Below are positions 8,540 through 17,224 of a stretch of 64,000 nt of DNA, in pieces. A program made the position numbers and the translations under genes. The notes under the pieces are model-generated. The model worked only from the letters and a program-made list of their open reading frames with translations, was not told where the DNA came from and did no database searches. Origin of the DNA: a virus (Duplodnaviria > Caudoviricetes); IMG/VR virus record IMGVR_UViG_3300010401_000038, positions 489 through 64,488 of that record; one strand, 5' to 3'. Position 1 is the stretch's first letter. Each line of letters starts with the position of its first letter.

Positions 8540-8781
8540 TGCCGCGCCTGCATCTTGATCGCGGCCTGGATGAGAAGCGCCTGCTCGGCCGCTGGCTGCC
8601 GAAGCGTGTAGTGCACCGCCGCCATCTGCATCGGGTCCGCTCCCTGCTGAATGTGGTCCAGCTCCAACCCGTACCCCGTCGCCACCCCTTCGAGACGCGC
8701 GGCCTCTACGTCCTCCGCGGTGAACTGCCGCTTCGGCTCGTCGGTCGTCCCCTGCGGACACGCCTTGTTGTCGAGTCGCAT
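8536..8781 (-). CDS. first gene of leftward cassette, hypothetical (alternative in-frame GTG at 8811)
   Basis: GGGAG RBS; directly downstream of promoter. Confidence 0.6.
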   Translation of the reverse strand: MRLDNKACPQGTTDEPKRQFTAEDVEAARLEGVATGYGLELDHIQQGADPMQMAAVHYTLRQPAAEQALLIQAAIKMQARQ

Positions 8782-8819
8782 CTCCCTGCCCTCCTGTGAT
8801 GAAACGTTCACCCGCGCGT

Positions 8820-8855
8820 AACCTACGCCCTCTTGCGACTCCGTGCAAGAGTTAT
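8820..8855 (-). promoter_or_regulatory. sigma70-like promoter TTGCAC-N17-TAGGTT within ACTCTTG operator-like motif
   Basis: Minus strand ATAACTCTTGCACGGAGTCGC closely matches ATAACTCTTGACAAGAGTCGC at 56671. Confidence 0.7.
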
Positions 8856-9147
8856 TTGCGGACAATGTTCGTGCCAAGCGTGCGAGTCGGCGAACAGGAA
8901 AGGCGCGTGCCATGACGAATGTGTGTGCGTATTGACACACTCGCACATGCTTCACATCGACCTACGTAGGCCGCCACAAAAGGTAACGCGAATCGACAGG
9001 TGTGTCAGTTTTGACACGGTCTGCGGCTCGGCGGTTGGTGGCGTCCCGCCTCGTTCGCGCCCCCAGCCGCTCTAGTTTCGCGCCCGATGCGCCCTGGTTT
9101 CTCCTGCCACTCCGCGCGTGAGTAGCTGCCAGTGACGCAGCGCCTCG

Positions 9148-9171
9148 ACTCTTGATGCGCGTCGCAAGAGT
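9148..9171. promoter_or_regulatory. operator-like site ACTCTTG-N10-CAAGAGT
   Basis: Same half-sites as the other copies; shares GTCGCAAGAG with the 8829-8852 site. Confidence 0.5.
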
Positions 9172-9400
9172 GCGTGACGTGTCGCCGGCCGGTCTCTGGT
9201 GGTGGTGCGGCGGGTCGTCCGGTCCTCGATGGAGTGGCGCGCGTGTCGGTGGTTGGTTGCTGGCCTGGGCTGCTCCATGCGTTCGGTCGGTGGACCGTGG
9301 GTGGGGGGGGATGGCGCGACGTGGGGTGGCCAGCAGGTGAGAGAGGGTACCCTACCTGTCGCTACGCCTACCACACAACTCGAACCGAAATTTTTTACAA

Positions 9401-9725
9401 CTCAGTAGGCCGTACTGAGGCCCATGTAGCGTAGGGTTCAGAACCCAACCAGAACTAGTTCTGAACCCTGCGGCAGAGTCGTGAGTAGGGCCAGCCGAAA
9501 ACGGGCATTTCAGAGCCCGTTTCGGTGGCTCTACGACTCTCTCGGTCGACTGTGGGTATTTGGGTCCAGAACTCCTATGGGGGGTACGGGGGGTTTTGGA
9601 CCCTGGACCCAAGGCTGTGGAAATCTAGCCATTGACCTCACGCTTCGAGGCTGCGGGTCGCGGAGCTAAAATCGTGTGGGTCGGTGGTGGTTGATGGGTC
9701 TGAAATGGAGGGTAGGGTCCAGAAC
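9401..9725. repeat. iteron-like GGGTYCAGAAC repeats and inverted repeats; candidate replication origin
   Basis: Copies at 9434(+), 9458(-), 9562(+), 9593(-), 9603(-, partial), 9696(+, degenerate), 9715(+); palindrome CAGAACTAGTTCTG 9450-9463; abuts primase-helicase stop. Confidence 0.6.
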
Positions 9726-11507
9726 TCAATCTGGTCTGGCGAGGTTCCAGGCGCGCTTGATGGTTGAGCGGGAGAATCCCTTGCCGGCTAGGGCGAAGGC
9801 GACCTTGGAAAACGGGACACCTGGTTCGGACTCGAGGATGGCGGCGACGGCTGTGATGGCGTCCTCGAGGATGGTGGGTGGGCGGCCGCCCTGGCGCCGG
9901 TCGCTGAACTGGGAGGCGTCGGCGACTGGCTCGAAGCGGAGCACCCCTTCCTGCCAGGTCGTACGCAGGTAGAACTCGAGGCCCTGTTCGGCGTCGCGCT
10001 GGGCGTCGACGATGAGCTTCATGGCGCGGTCGGAGCCCTTGCCGACCCGGGCGAGGGCGACGTGGGTGTCGACGACGTTCCGGAAGTCGCCCGCCCCGCG
10101 GACGGCCGAACTGGGGTCATCGCTCCCCATCATCGGCTTGCGGTGGTGGTGGAGGATGGTGATGCCGACCTTGGCCTCGTCCCGGAGCCGGAAGATCCGG
10201 TCGATGAAGAAGCGGCGCATCTCGCCGTTGTCATTCTCGTTCAGCGTGTGGATGCCGGTCAGGGAGTCGAGGACGAGCTCGGTCACATCGTTCGCCTGCA
10301 GCCACTCGAGGAGGGACCGGAAGTTGTCCTCCTGGTTCAGATACAGGCTCCGGGCGCTGATGTACTTGATGCGGCCCTTCCGGACCATGTCGATGCCGTC
10401 GACCTCGAGCCCCGCCGCCACCGCCTTGAGCCGGCGCGCCCAGACAGACATCCTGTTTTCCGCGTCGACGATCGCCCAGGAATGGCCGCCCGTCGACTTG
10501 AACTGGCCGGCGATCGTCGCGCCCGTCGCGCTCGAGATGGCCGCGGCGATGATAAAACTGGACTTGTAGGTTTTGCCTAATCCGGTGAGCAGCCGAACGC
10601 CGCCCGTCGTGAACAACGGCTCGAGAGTCCACGACAGCGGTTCGTTGCTGGCCGCCTCGATCTCGTCCGCCGTCGCGTGCACGAGAGCCGACGTCGCGCG
10701 CACCGGCGTCCCGTTCGAGTCCGGCACCGTCGGGTCCGTCAGGTCGACCGGCTTCATCGTCGCCTGCGCCGTGATCAGCTCGCGCAACCGCTCCGCCGTG
10801 CCGCCGGCGTCGAGCCAGTCGGAGACGTCGCCCTTCTCCTTCACCCCGGGAAGGTGCACGAGCCGAAGCGACGCGACGCCCGGGAGCACCGCGGCCGCGA
10901 TCTTCCGCATGTGCTTCTCGCCCGGCGGGTCGTTGTCGGGGATCAGGACGACGTGCCGGCCCTGCAACGACTCCGACCAGGCTCCGTCCCACCCCCGCGC
11001 GGCGCCGCCAACCGAGGTCGTGGTGACGAACCCCAGCGCCGCCAGGCGATCCGCGTCCTTCTCGCCCTCGGTGATCAGGACCGCCCGGTTCGGCGCCGCC
11101 TTCACGAGCTCAGGTAGCCGGTACAGAACCCGCGGCACGCCGTTGAGATCCCACTCCCACCCGCCCTTCCCGTCCGGATGACGCTGCCGGAAGTCCTTCG
11201 GGTCGTACCGGAGGACCTCGTAGAGCAGCGCCCCGTGCGGGTCGCGGTAGGCGTAGGTGGCGACGAGGCGGCGCCTGGGGGCCGGCGCCGGCTTCTCCGG
11301 CATCAGGTCGGCGACCTTGCAGTCCAGGGCGGCGACGATGTCGGCGATGACACAGCCGGTGTGGCACTTCGCGAGGATTCCCCCGTTGTCGCCGATTGTG
11401 ATCGAGAGGGACTGGTGGCCGTCGTCGTGCGCCGGACACTTCGCGACCGCACGGTCTCCCGTCCGCCTCACCCCTTGGAGGCGGGAGAGGAAGTCGTCGA
11501 GCGTCAT
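9726..11507 (-). CDS. primase-helicase: Zn-binding N-terminus, TOPRIM, RepA/AAA_25-type ATPase, C-terminal HTH
   Basis: CPAHDD, ITEGEKDAD, LIPDND, GLGKTYKS, LVLDSL, LHHHRK, RGAG; ATG 11507 ATGA-coupled. Confidence 0.9.
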   Translation of the reverse strand: MTLDDFLSRLQGVRRTGDRAVAKCPAHDDGHQSLSITIGDNGGILAKCHTGCVIADIVAALDCKVADLMPEKPAPAPRRRLVATYAYRDPHGALLYEVLRYDPKDFRQRHPDGKGGWEWDLNGVPRVLYRLPELVKAAPNRAVLITEGEKDADRLAALGFVTTTSVGGAARGWDGAWSESLQGRHVVLIPDNDPPGEKHMRKIAAAVLPGVASLRLVHLPGVKEKGDVSDWLDAGGTAERLRELITAQATMKPVDLTDPTVPDSNGTPVRATSALVHATADEIEAASNEPLSWTLEPLFTTGGVRLLTGLGKTYKSSFIIAAAISSATGATIAGQFKSTGGHSWAIVDAENRMSVWARRLKAVAAGLEVDGIDMVRKGRIKYISARSLYLNQEDNFRSLLEWLQANDVTELVLDSLTGIHTLNENDNGEMRRFFIDRIFRLRDEAKVGITILHHHRKPMMGSDDPSSAVRGAGDFRNVVDTHVALARVGKGSDRAMKLIVDAQRDAEQGLEFYLRTTWQEGVLRFEPVADASQFSDRRQGGRPPTILEDAITAVAAILESEPGVPFSKVAFALAGKGFSRSTIKRAWNLARPD

Positions 11508-12181
11508 GGGCGCGCCTTGAGGAAGCAGGCCGCCATGATCTGCCGGCCGACGAACTGCGTGTACGCCGGCGGGATCGCCTGGGTCAGCTCCCGCCAGGTC
11601 ATCCAGTCGATCCCCATCGCGTCCCCCGCGTCCTCGCGGTTCTTCGCCCGGATGAACGAGCCGCCCTTCTCGCGCGGCCGGAGAGATCCGGACCCCTGGT
11701 GACCGTAGACGCCGACGGACCTGCCCTGCGCGCCGTGTTGGTGGAGCGGCTGCAGCATCGACACGTTCGACTCGAACAGCCGGTGCCGGCGCACCCGCAA
11801 CCCGAACGACGACCCGCACAGCACGATCGCGTTCTCGAGCGGCGCCGACTCGACGTTCTCGATGACGTAGTAGAGGCCGGTCTTCTTGAGCGCCGCGCGC
11901 ACCGGCTCGATCAGACGCGGGTGGCTGGACGTCTTGCGATGCAGGGCGGTTAGGTAGCAGTACGCCTGGCAGGGCGGCGAGGCGTGGATCACGTCGTACT
12001 CGTGGGCGTAACGCGCCACCCAGTCGAGCGCGTCAGCCCGGACGAACGTGAAGGGGTAGTTGCGCTGGAACTTGTGGTCGACGCCCACCACCTCGAAACC
12101 GGCGCGCGCGTATCCCATCGCGGCACCGCCGGCGCCGCAGAACAGGTCGAGTAATTGTGGGCGTCCTGGAGCGACCGTCAC
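11504..12181 (-). CDS. DNA cytosine-C5 methyltransferase (short type)
   Basis: LDLFCGAGG, HASPPCQ, IENV, RHRLF motifs. Confidence 0.9.
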   Translation of the reverse strand: MTVAPGRPQLLDLFCGAGGAAMGYARAGFEVVGVDHKFQRNYPFTFVRADALDWVARYAHEYDVIHASPPCQAYCYLTALHRKTSSHPRLIEPVRAALKKTGLYYVIENVESAPLENAIVLCGSSFGLRVRRHRLFESNVSMLQPLHQHGAQGRSVGVYGHQGSGSLRPREKGGSFIRAKNREDAGDAMGIDWMTWRELTQAIPPAYTQFVGRQIMAACFLKARP

Positions 12182-12423
12182 CCGCGCGCCCGGCTCTTTC
12201 CGTAGGGGCTCACCGCCTGCATCGCGATCGAATCGAGCTGCAGGTTCGCCAACTCGAGCTCGGCGTCAATGACCGCCAGATGCGCCTCGGACAGGCGGGC
12301 GCGCGCCGCCTGGACGGTGGACTCCTTCCAGAAAATCCTGACGCGAAGGTAGGTGATGAAGGCGCGGTGGCGAAGGTACTGCAGGCGGGAACGGAGAGGT
12401 GACACCCGGGGACCCCCCTTCAC
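12178..12423 (-). CDS. hypothetical protein (start possibly GTG 12405)
   Basis: GTGA coupling with MTase; helical C-terminus. Confidence 0.5.
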   Translation of the reverse strand: MKGGPRVSPLRSRLQYLRHRAFITYLRVRIFWKESTVQAARARLSEAHLAVIDAELELANLQLDSIAMQAVSPYGKSRARG

Positions 12424-12510
12424 AATCCGGGCGGGCCCCTCTGCGACCCGGGGGGATCCGAGGATCGCCGGGGCCCGCCACGCACGCGACCGTCGCCGCG
12501 CGCCGTCACG

Positions 12511-12543
12511 CTTCTACTCCTCCGAAAAACTCTTGTCAAGAGT
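12511..12543 (-). promoter_or_regulatory. leftward promoter TTGACA-N17-TAGAAG with perfect palindrome ACTCTTGTCAAGAGT (12529-12543)
   Basis: Direct sequence; upstream of MTase/primase operon. Confidence 0.7.
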
Positions 12544-12547
12544 GGCC

Positions 12548-12576
12548 TTGACATTTGTCCGCGCGGAGTCTAGAGT
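12548..12576 (+). promoter_or_regulatory. rightward promoter TTGACA-N17-TAGAGT
   Basis: Consensus -35, 17-nt spacer; ATG 12585 lies 8 nt after -10 with no SD. Confidence 0.75.
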
Positions 12577-12584
12577 CCCGCGCC

Positions 12585-12857
12585 ATGAGGACAGCACTCC
12601 AGACCCCCGTCGCCAAGTTGACTTGCGCGGGCTGCGGGCGGCAGGCCGATTTCGACCTCCTGCTGGGGCGCGTCGCGTCGGTCTGGCAAATCAGGTTCAC
12701 GCCCGAAACCTTCTCCGGAGTCGAACACAGAGAGGACGGAGAGCATCGCATCGGAGTGCTCCCGGCGTACCTCACCGTTCAGTGTCTTGACTGCCACTGG
12801 ACGACGCGGTCCAAAACCTACGCCCAGCTTCTCACCGAGAGGACCCCGGAGGCATGA
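12585..12857 (+). CDS. zinc-binding hypothetical protein (CAGC...CLDC)
   Basis: ATG 12585 downstream of promoter; ATGA coupling. Confidence 0.6.
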   Translation: MRTALQTPVAKLTCAGCGRQADFDLLLGRVASVWQIRFTPETFSGVEHREDGEHRIGVLPAYLTVQCLDCHWTTRSKTYAQLLTERTPEA

Positions 12858-13117
12858 GACTCCGCGACCTGTTCTCCATCCCCGGCTACAAGGCGACGAT
12901 CTGGCGCTCGAAGGGCGGCGGTCCGATCCGCAGGGGCACGAACCGCCACCAGCTAACCAAGGCGCAGAAGAAGCGCGCGCGGCGCAACCGGACCCGGGCG
13001 GCGCTCCTGGCGAACGGACGACTCGTGGCGCGGCGGACAGCGAAGCGCGGCCGGCGGATGCAGCGGGCGCTGGGTAAGGTCTGGTCCGAGGGGGCGATGC
13101 CCGAGGTGTTCTGCTGA
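12854..13117 (+). CDS. highly basic hypothetical protein
   Basis: GGAGG RBS; coupled both sides. Confidence 0.5.
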   Translation: MRLRDLFSIPGYKATIWRSKGGGPIRRGTNRHQLTKAQKKRARRNRTRAALLANGRLVARRTAKRGRRMQRALGKVWSEGAMPEVFC

Positions 13118-13530
13118 TGGGCTACATCGTCCACCCTGACGGCCGCATTGAGGCCGCGACACCCGAGGAAGCCGTCGAGCTCGCGCGCCTGTTCGCCCGC
13201 GGGCCGACGCCGGGTGCGCGCGTCGTGTCCGACGCGCCGGCACCGCGCGTCAAGCCGAGGCCGGTCGCCGATCCCATCATTCGCGAGACCCTCGCCCAAC
13301 TCCCGCGCATGGGGCAGGCGCCGACTGTGGCTCCGCTCCGCTTGAAGGACATCGCCCCCAAGGCCGCTAACGGCGTCACGCTGCTCGGCAAGGACCTGCG
13401 GGAGTACCGCCAGCGCCACGGTCTCAACCAGACCAACGTCGCCCACCTGATGAAATACGGCGGCGCCGGGACGGTGAGCGTCGCGGAGACGAACCAGTTC
13501 GCGCCGCTCCCGGAGCGCATGGCGACCTGA
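13117..13530 (+). CDS. XRE/Cro-type HTH protein (HTH near C-terminus; TGA may be premature)
   Basis: GKDLREYRQRHGLNQTNVAHLM...TVSVAE; frame stays open and protein-like after the TGA. Confidence 0.65.
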   Translation: MGYIVHPDGRIEAATPEEAVELARLFARGPTPGARVVSDAPAPRVKPRPVADPIIRETLAQLPRMGQAPTVAPLRLKDIAPKAANGVTLLGKDLREYRQRHGLNQTNVAHLMKYGGAGTVSVAETNQFAPLPERMAT

Positions 13531-13555
13531 CTGACGGAGCGCCTGGCGATGGAAC

Positions 13556-13883
13556 GTGAGGATCGTGGTCCGAAGGAGGAGCGCGCAGGGCCCGCCACAA
13601 CCGCTCCATAAAAGCCGACCTGTACTGGGAGAGAAAGTGGGGACGCCTCCTCAAGCTCACCGACCACATCGCGCCGCGACTCACGTTCGACGGCGCCCAC
13701 GCGCACGCCGACCGCAGGGTGACCGACGCGGTGAGGGTGTACCAGACGTGGCTCAGAGGCGAGGACCTTATCGGAGGCTGTCGCGCGGAGATGGAGCGTC
13801 TCGCGACCGGAGGGTACGGGCGCAGGGACGTCAACGGATACAGCGTCAGGAGGAAGCGCGATGGATCTGAGAAGCCTGTGTGA
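13556..13883 (+). pseudogene. hypothetical gene with apparent one-base insertion in AAAA at about 13610
   Basis: MRIVVRRR...PLHK then ADLYWERKWGRLLKLTDH... in a shifted frame with high GC3. Confidence 0.45.
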
Positions 13884-14403
13884 CGCCCTCGAGAAGCCGT
13901 GGTCCGACATGATGAACCACCTTCTCGTCCTCTACTCGATCGCGCGCTACGCCCCCGGACGCAAGGTCGTCGAGATCGGCGTCGACGACGGGTCGTCGAC
14001 GGCGGCGCTGCTCCTGGGGGTCGCCGCGGCGAACGGTCACCTGACGAGCATCGACGTCGCGCCGTGCGACCGCACGCGCCAGGACATCTCGGGTTGCCCC
14101 TTCTACTCCCGCTGGACCTTCATCCAGGGAAAAAGCGCCGAGGTCGCCGGCCAGATCGACAACGACCTGGATGTCGTGTTCATCGACGGCGATCACTCCT
14201 ACGCCGGCACGAAAGCCGACTGGGAGGCGTACTCGAAGAAGGTGAAGATCGGGGGCCTCATCCTGTTCCACGACGCGCTCGCATACCCGGACGTGCAGCG
14301 CGTCGTCGACGAGATCCCCGTCGTCGCCGCCCCCGAGGGATGGTGGGAGAAGGTCACGCTGCCGTGGGGCTACGGCCTCACGATCGCGAAGCGTCTGCAG
14401 TGA
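13861..14403 (+). CDS. class I SAM-dependent methyltransferase (Methyltransf_24-like, small-molecule/sugar type)
   Basis: VEIGVDDGSS, VFIDGDHSY, GGLILFHD motifs. Confidence 0.85.
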   Translation: MDLRSLCDALEKPWSDMMNHLLVLYSIARYAPGRKVVEIGVDDGSSTAALLLGVAAANGHLTSIDVAPCDRTRQDISGCPFYSRWTFIQGKSAEVAGQIDNDLDVVFIDGDHSYAGTKADWEAYSKKVKIGGLILFHDALAYPDVQRVVDEIPVVAAPEGWWEKVTLPWGYGLTIAKRLQ

Positions 14404-14693
14404 GCGACGTCGTCGACCTGCAGGCCGAGCGCGAGAAGCGCCGGCCGCACTCCACGGGGCGCGCGCGCTGCCTCGACTGCAAACACGAGTGGCAGTCCGT
14501 TGCCCCGAGCGGTACGGTCTGGCTCGAGTGCCCGAAGTGCTCTCTCGTGCGCGGGCGATTCATCTTCCCGCACGAGCTTCCCGAAGGGACGGGGGTCTGG
14601 CACTGCAACTGCGGCAACACGCTGTTCGAGGTCCTCGTCGACGGGTTCTTCTGCCCGAACTGCGGCGTCAAGCACGAAGGATTGCCCGATTAA
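14400..14693 (+). CDS. double zinc-ribbon protein
   Basis: CLDC, CPKC, CNCG, CPNC; GTGA coupling. Confidence 0.7.
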   Translation: MSDVVDLQAEREKRRPHSTGRARCLDCKHEWQSVAPSGTVWLECPKCSLVRGRFIFPHELPEGTGVWHCNCGNTLFEVLVDGFFCPNCGVKHEGLPD

Positions 14694-14725
14694 CTCTTGA
14701 CAAGAGTCGCGGGGGAGAGTAGGGT
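14693..14725 (+). promoter_or_regulatory. promoter TTGACA-N17-TAGGGT inside palindrome ACTCTTGACAAGAGT
   Basis: Direct sequence; ATG 14734 is 8 nt after -10. Confidence 0.75.
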
Positions 14726-14733
14726 CTCGCGTC

Positions 14734-15192
14734 ATGGACCTCCTCGGGGAGTGGATCAGAACCATTCGGATCGCCAAGGACCGCAGCGCGATCGAGATGG
14801 AGGCGACGTCGGTATCCTCGGCCGGCCCGTTCCTCTATCGGTGCTCGAACGATTGCTGCAACGAGGTCTGGATCGAGCACGTCACTGGCGTCGACTCGAT
14901 CCTGTCGTCGTGCAATGAACCGGAGAAGCAGATCGTCGCGCTTGACCTGCACGTCGTCGACGACCTTGAGCCGCACCTCATCGCGAACCAGATCCAGCGC
15001 ACCGAGAGCAAGGATGGCGGAGACGCCGGCGTCGAGACGACGTACTACTTCCGCCTGCGCACGAAGAAGGGGACGTTCACGATCGAGCTGCGGAATAACC
15101 ACAATGGGTACTACGGCGGGAAGCTGGAGCGCGCGCTCCCGGGAGAGCTGCCGCGCGACCTGGAGTGGGTCGACGTGAAGGAGGACCTCTGA
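14734..15192 (+). CDS. conserved phage hypothetical protein (CCNEVW...RNNHNGYYGG)
   Basis: Recognisable NGYYGG motif family; high GC3. Confidence 0.7.
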   Translation: MDLLGEWIRTIRIAKDRSAIEMEATSVSSAGPFLYRCSNDCCNEVWIEHVTGVDSILSSCNEPEKQIVALDLHVVDDLEPHLIANQIQRTESKDGGDAGVETTYYFRLRTKKGTFTIELRNNHNGYYGGKLERALPGELPRDLEWVDVKEDL

Positions 15193-15428
15193 TGGACATC
15201 CAGACCTGCAGTGAGCCGACCTGCGGCAAGCAGTTCGTCTTCCTCAACAGCGTCCGCCAGCCCGGCAAGTTCGTCCCGGTCGACGTCGCGAGCGTGACCC
15301 AGGCGGAGATGGCCGGGGAAGGCGTCGACTTCGAGAGCGGGCGCCACGTCAGCCACTATTCCACCTGCACCAACCCGAAGGCGTTCAGCAAACAGCTCCA
15401 CTCGAAGGGAGGACCCAGTGCCGCCTGA
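15192..15428 (+). CDS. zinc-binding hypothetical protein (C..C...PVD...SHYSTC)
   Basis: GGAGG RBS; common phage motif. Confidence 0.65.
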   Translation: MDIQTCSEPTCGKQFVFLNSVRQPGKFVPVDVASVTQAEMAGEGVDFESGRHVSHYSTCTNPKAFSKQLHSKGGPSAA

Positions 15429-15636
15429 GTCAACGAACGACATCAACAATCGCTTCACCTACCACGCCCCCAAAGGCGACCAGGCGCAGACGTACGAGAC
15501 GATTCGGAGCGAGGCAAAGGGACTCGCCCTGCTCCTGCTCGAGAAGTGCCCGCCGAGCCGCGAGCTGTCGTTGGCACTGACGAACCTCGAACAGGCCGTG
15601 TTCTGGGCGAACGCCTCCATCGCGCGAAACGGGTGA
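15418..15636 (+). CDS. Acb2/Tad1-like helical-hairpin protein (putative cyclic-nucleotide sponge)
   Basis: NRFTYHAP...RELSLALTNLEQAVFWANASIAR signature. Confidence 0.7.
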   Translation: MPPESTNDINNRFTYHAPKGDQAQTYETIRSEAKGLALLLLEKCPPSRELSLALTNLEQAVFWANASIARNG

Positions 15637-15640
15637 TCCG

Positions 15641-16237
15641 GTGAGCCTGTACCGATTCGGCGTCGTCACCCCGACCGTTGCGGACCGCGGCGTGCTCCTG
15701 AAACGCTGCCGACGATCGATCGACTGGCAGTGGCGCAACGATGTCCGGCATATCGTCTACGGTGACGGATTCACGCCGGAGTCTCCGGTGGGTGCCGTCG
15801 CTTTCATCGACCGATCGGGGCGCGACCGAAAGGGGCACGATCCGCTCATCGGGAACGACATCCGAAACAAGGCCGTCCAGGAGTGGGCCGACAAGGTCGA
15901 CCTGTTCGTCTTCGTCGACGACGACAACATCCTCCTGCCTGGGGCGCTGAACCGCTTCGAGAAGGCCGCAGCCCCGGTCGTGCTATCGAGGATGCTCGAA
16001 ATCTCGACCGACGGACGCCAGAGGATTTATCCGAAGCCGGAGGACGCGAGACTCATCGAGGGCAACTTCGGATCGCTCCAAATCTGCGTGGCATCGGAGA
16101 TCGCCAAGGACTGCCGGTTCACGCCCGACAGGTACAACGGCGACTGGGACTTCATCCAGCAGGCCCTCGCGATCGCCGGCCGGGAGGCGAAGGCGATCGA
16201 GGACATCACCGGGATCTGGTGCCGGGAGGGAGTGTGA
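15641..16237 (+). CDS. glycosyltransferase family 2 (GT-A)
   Basis: VVTPT..DR, VYGDG, RNKA, FVDDDNIL, GDWDF motifs. Confidence 0.8.
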   Translation: MSLYRFGVVTPTVADRGVLLKRCRRSIDWQWRNDVRHIVYGDGFTPESPVGAVAFIDRSGRDRKGHDPLIGNDIRNKAVQEWADKVDLFVFVDDDNILLPGALNRFEKAAAPVVLSRMLEISTDGRQRIYPKPEDARLIEGNFGSLQICVASEIAKDCRFTPDRYNGDWDFIQQALAIAGREAKAIEDITGIWCREGV

Positions 16238-16553
16238 GGCAGCGGTGCGGAAAGTGTGGCCGACGCCGCAAGACTGCGCACGAACTGGACCGCGCGCGCT
16301 GGTGCCGGCAATCGGGATGGCGCCTGCGCCGGTTCACCGAACGCATGTTGCGGCTGACGGATCCGCAGAACGCGGGCGTCTCTGCTGCCTCTGCGGTTCC
16401 GAGTACGATCCCGAAGACGTAGCGGTCAGAGGCCACGCCCGACTGTGTCCCGCGTGTCGAAAGCGCGCGAGGGAGGAGGAAGCAGGTGCAAGGGACGGGA
16501 AGGTTCGCGTGTCTCGACCTAGGAAGCGGGGTCGAGGTATCGCTTCAAGTTGA
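16234..16553 (+). pseudogene. zinc-finger protein apparently frameshifted near 16381
   Basis: CGKC...NAGV joins LCCLCGSEY...LCPAC in another frame. Confidence 0.4.
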
Positions 16554-16995
16554 GAATCCAGGCGTGATGACGCTTCGCGTCGACACGCGCTCCTCCGGCA
16601 AGGGCGCAATGATGACCACGCTGGCCTGGATTCCGATCGAAGCTTGGCGCTGGCTGTTGTCCGAATCGGAGAGGCCGGCCACGGGAGATCCGCTCGATGA
16701 CATGGTGGCCAAAGCCTTCGCCGACAGCGCCGGTCGCGTGGAGAACCCGGAGACCGCGAGGCCGATGGACCCAATCCGGAAGTCCGACGTGCCATGCTGT
16801 CTGTACTTCGGCGCCGGCGCATTTCACTGCTCCAGGCACGGATCCATCGAGACCGAGATTCACGTCTTCTCTGATCCGAACACGTACATCTGTCATTGCC
16901 CGGAGTGTCACAAAGACAACTGGCGCGACCTGCAGAGCTACAGCGGCGCGCTCCCGGTTTTCTCGTACCTGGGGAGGGTAAAAGCCAGTGCCTGA
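16486..16995 (+). CDS. hypothetical protein with C-terminal Cys cluster
   Basis: GGAGGAGG RBS; CSRH...CHCPEC. Confidence 0.6.
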   Translation: MQGTGRFACLDLGSGVEVSLQVENPGVMTLRVDTRSSGKGAMMTTLAWIPIEAWRWLLSESERPATGDPLDDMVAKAFADSAGRVENPETARPMDPIRKSDVPCCLYFGAGAFHCSRHGSIETEIHVFSDPNTYICHCPECHKDNWRDLQSYSGALPVFSYLGRVKASA

Positions 16996-17224
16996 CGATC
17001 GCTTCGGTCTCCCTCTCCGTATCCGCCTGACCGCGGAGATGCGCGCGTGGCTGCTCCTCGAGGGGAGCCGCCGCGGGACGACGGCGAGCCAGGTGATGCG
17101 CGACCTCATCCGCGCGGCGATGGACAAGTCGCCGCGCCGCCCGGCCGCGGCGCGCGGTGAGCACGGCCTCCACGCGGTCACGTCGAAGCTGGCGCCGGAG
17201 CTGCCCGACGAAGACAATGTCTGA
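16988..17224 (+). CDS. ribbon-helix-helix (Arc/CopG-like) DNA-binding protein
   Basis: LRIRLTAEMRAWL...TASQVMRDLIRAAM pattern. Confidence 0.7.
   Translation: MPDDRFGLPLRIRLTAEMRAWLLLEGSRRGTTASQVMRDLIRAAMDKSPRRPAAARGEHGLHAVTSKLAPELPDEDNV

Noticed and set aside
12430-12479. GGCGGGCCCC/GGGGCCCGCC inverted repeat as a riboswitch
   Set aside because: Single GC-only stem in a high-GC genome; no recognisable aptamer motifs
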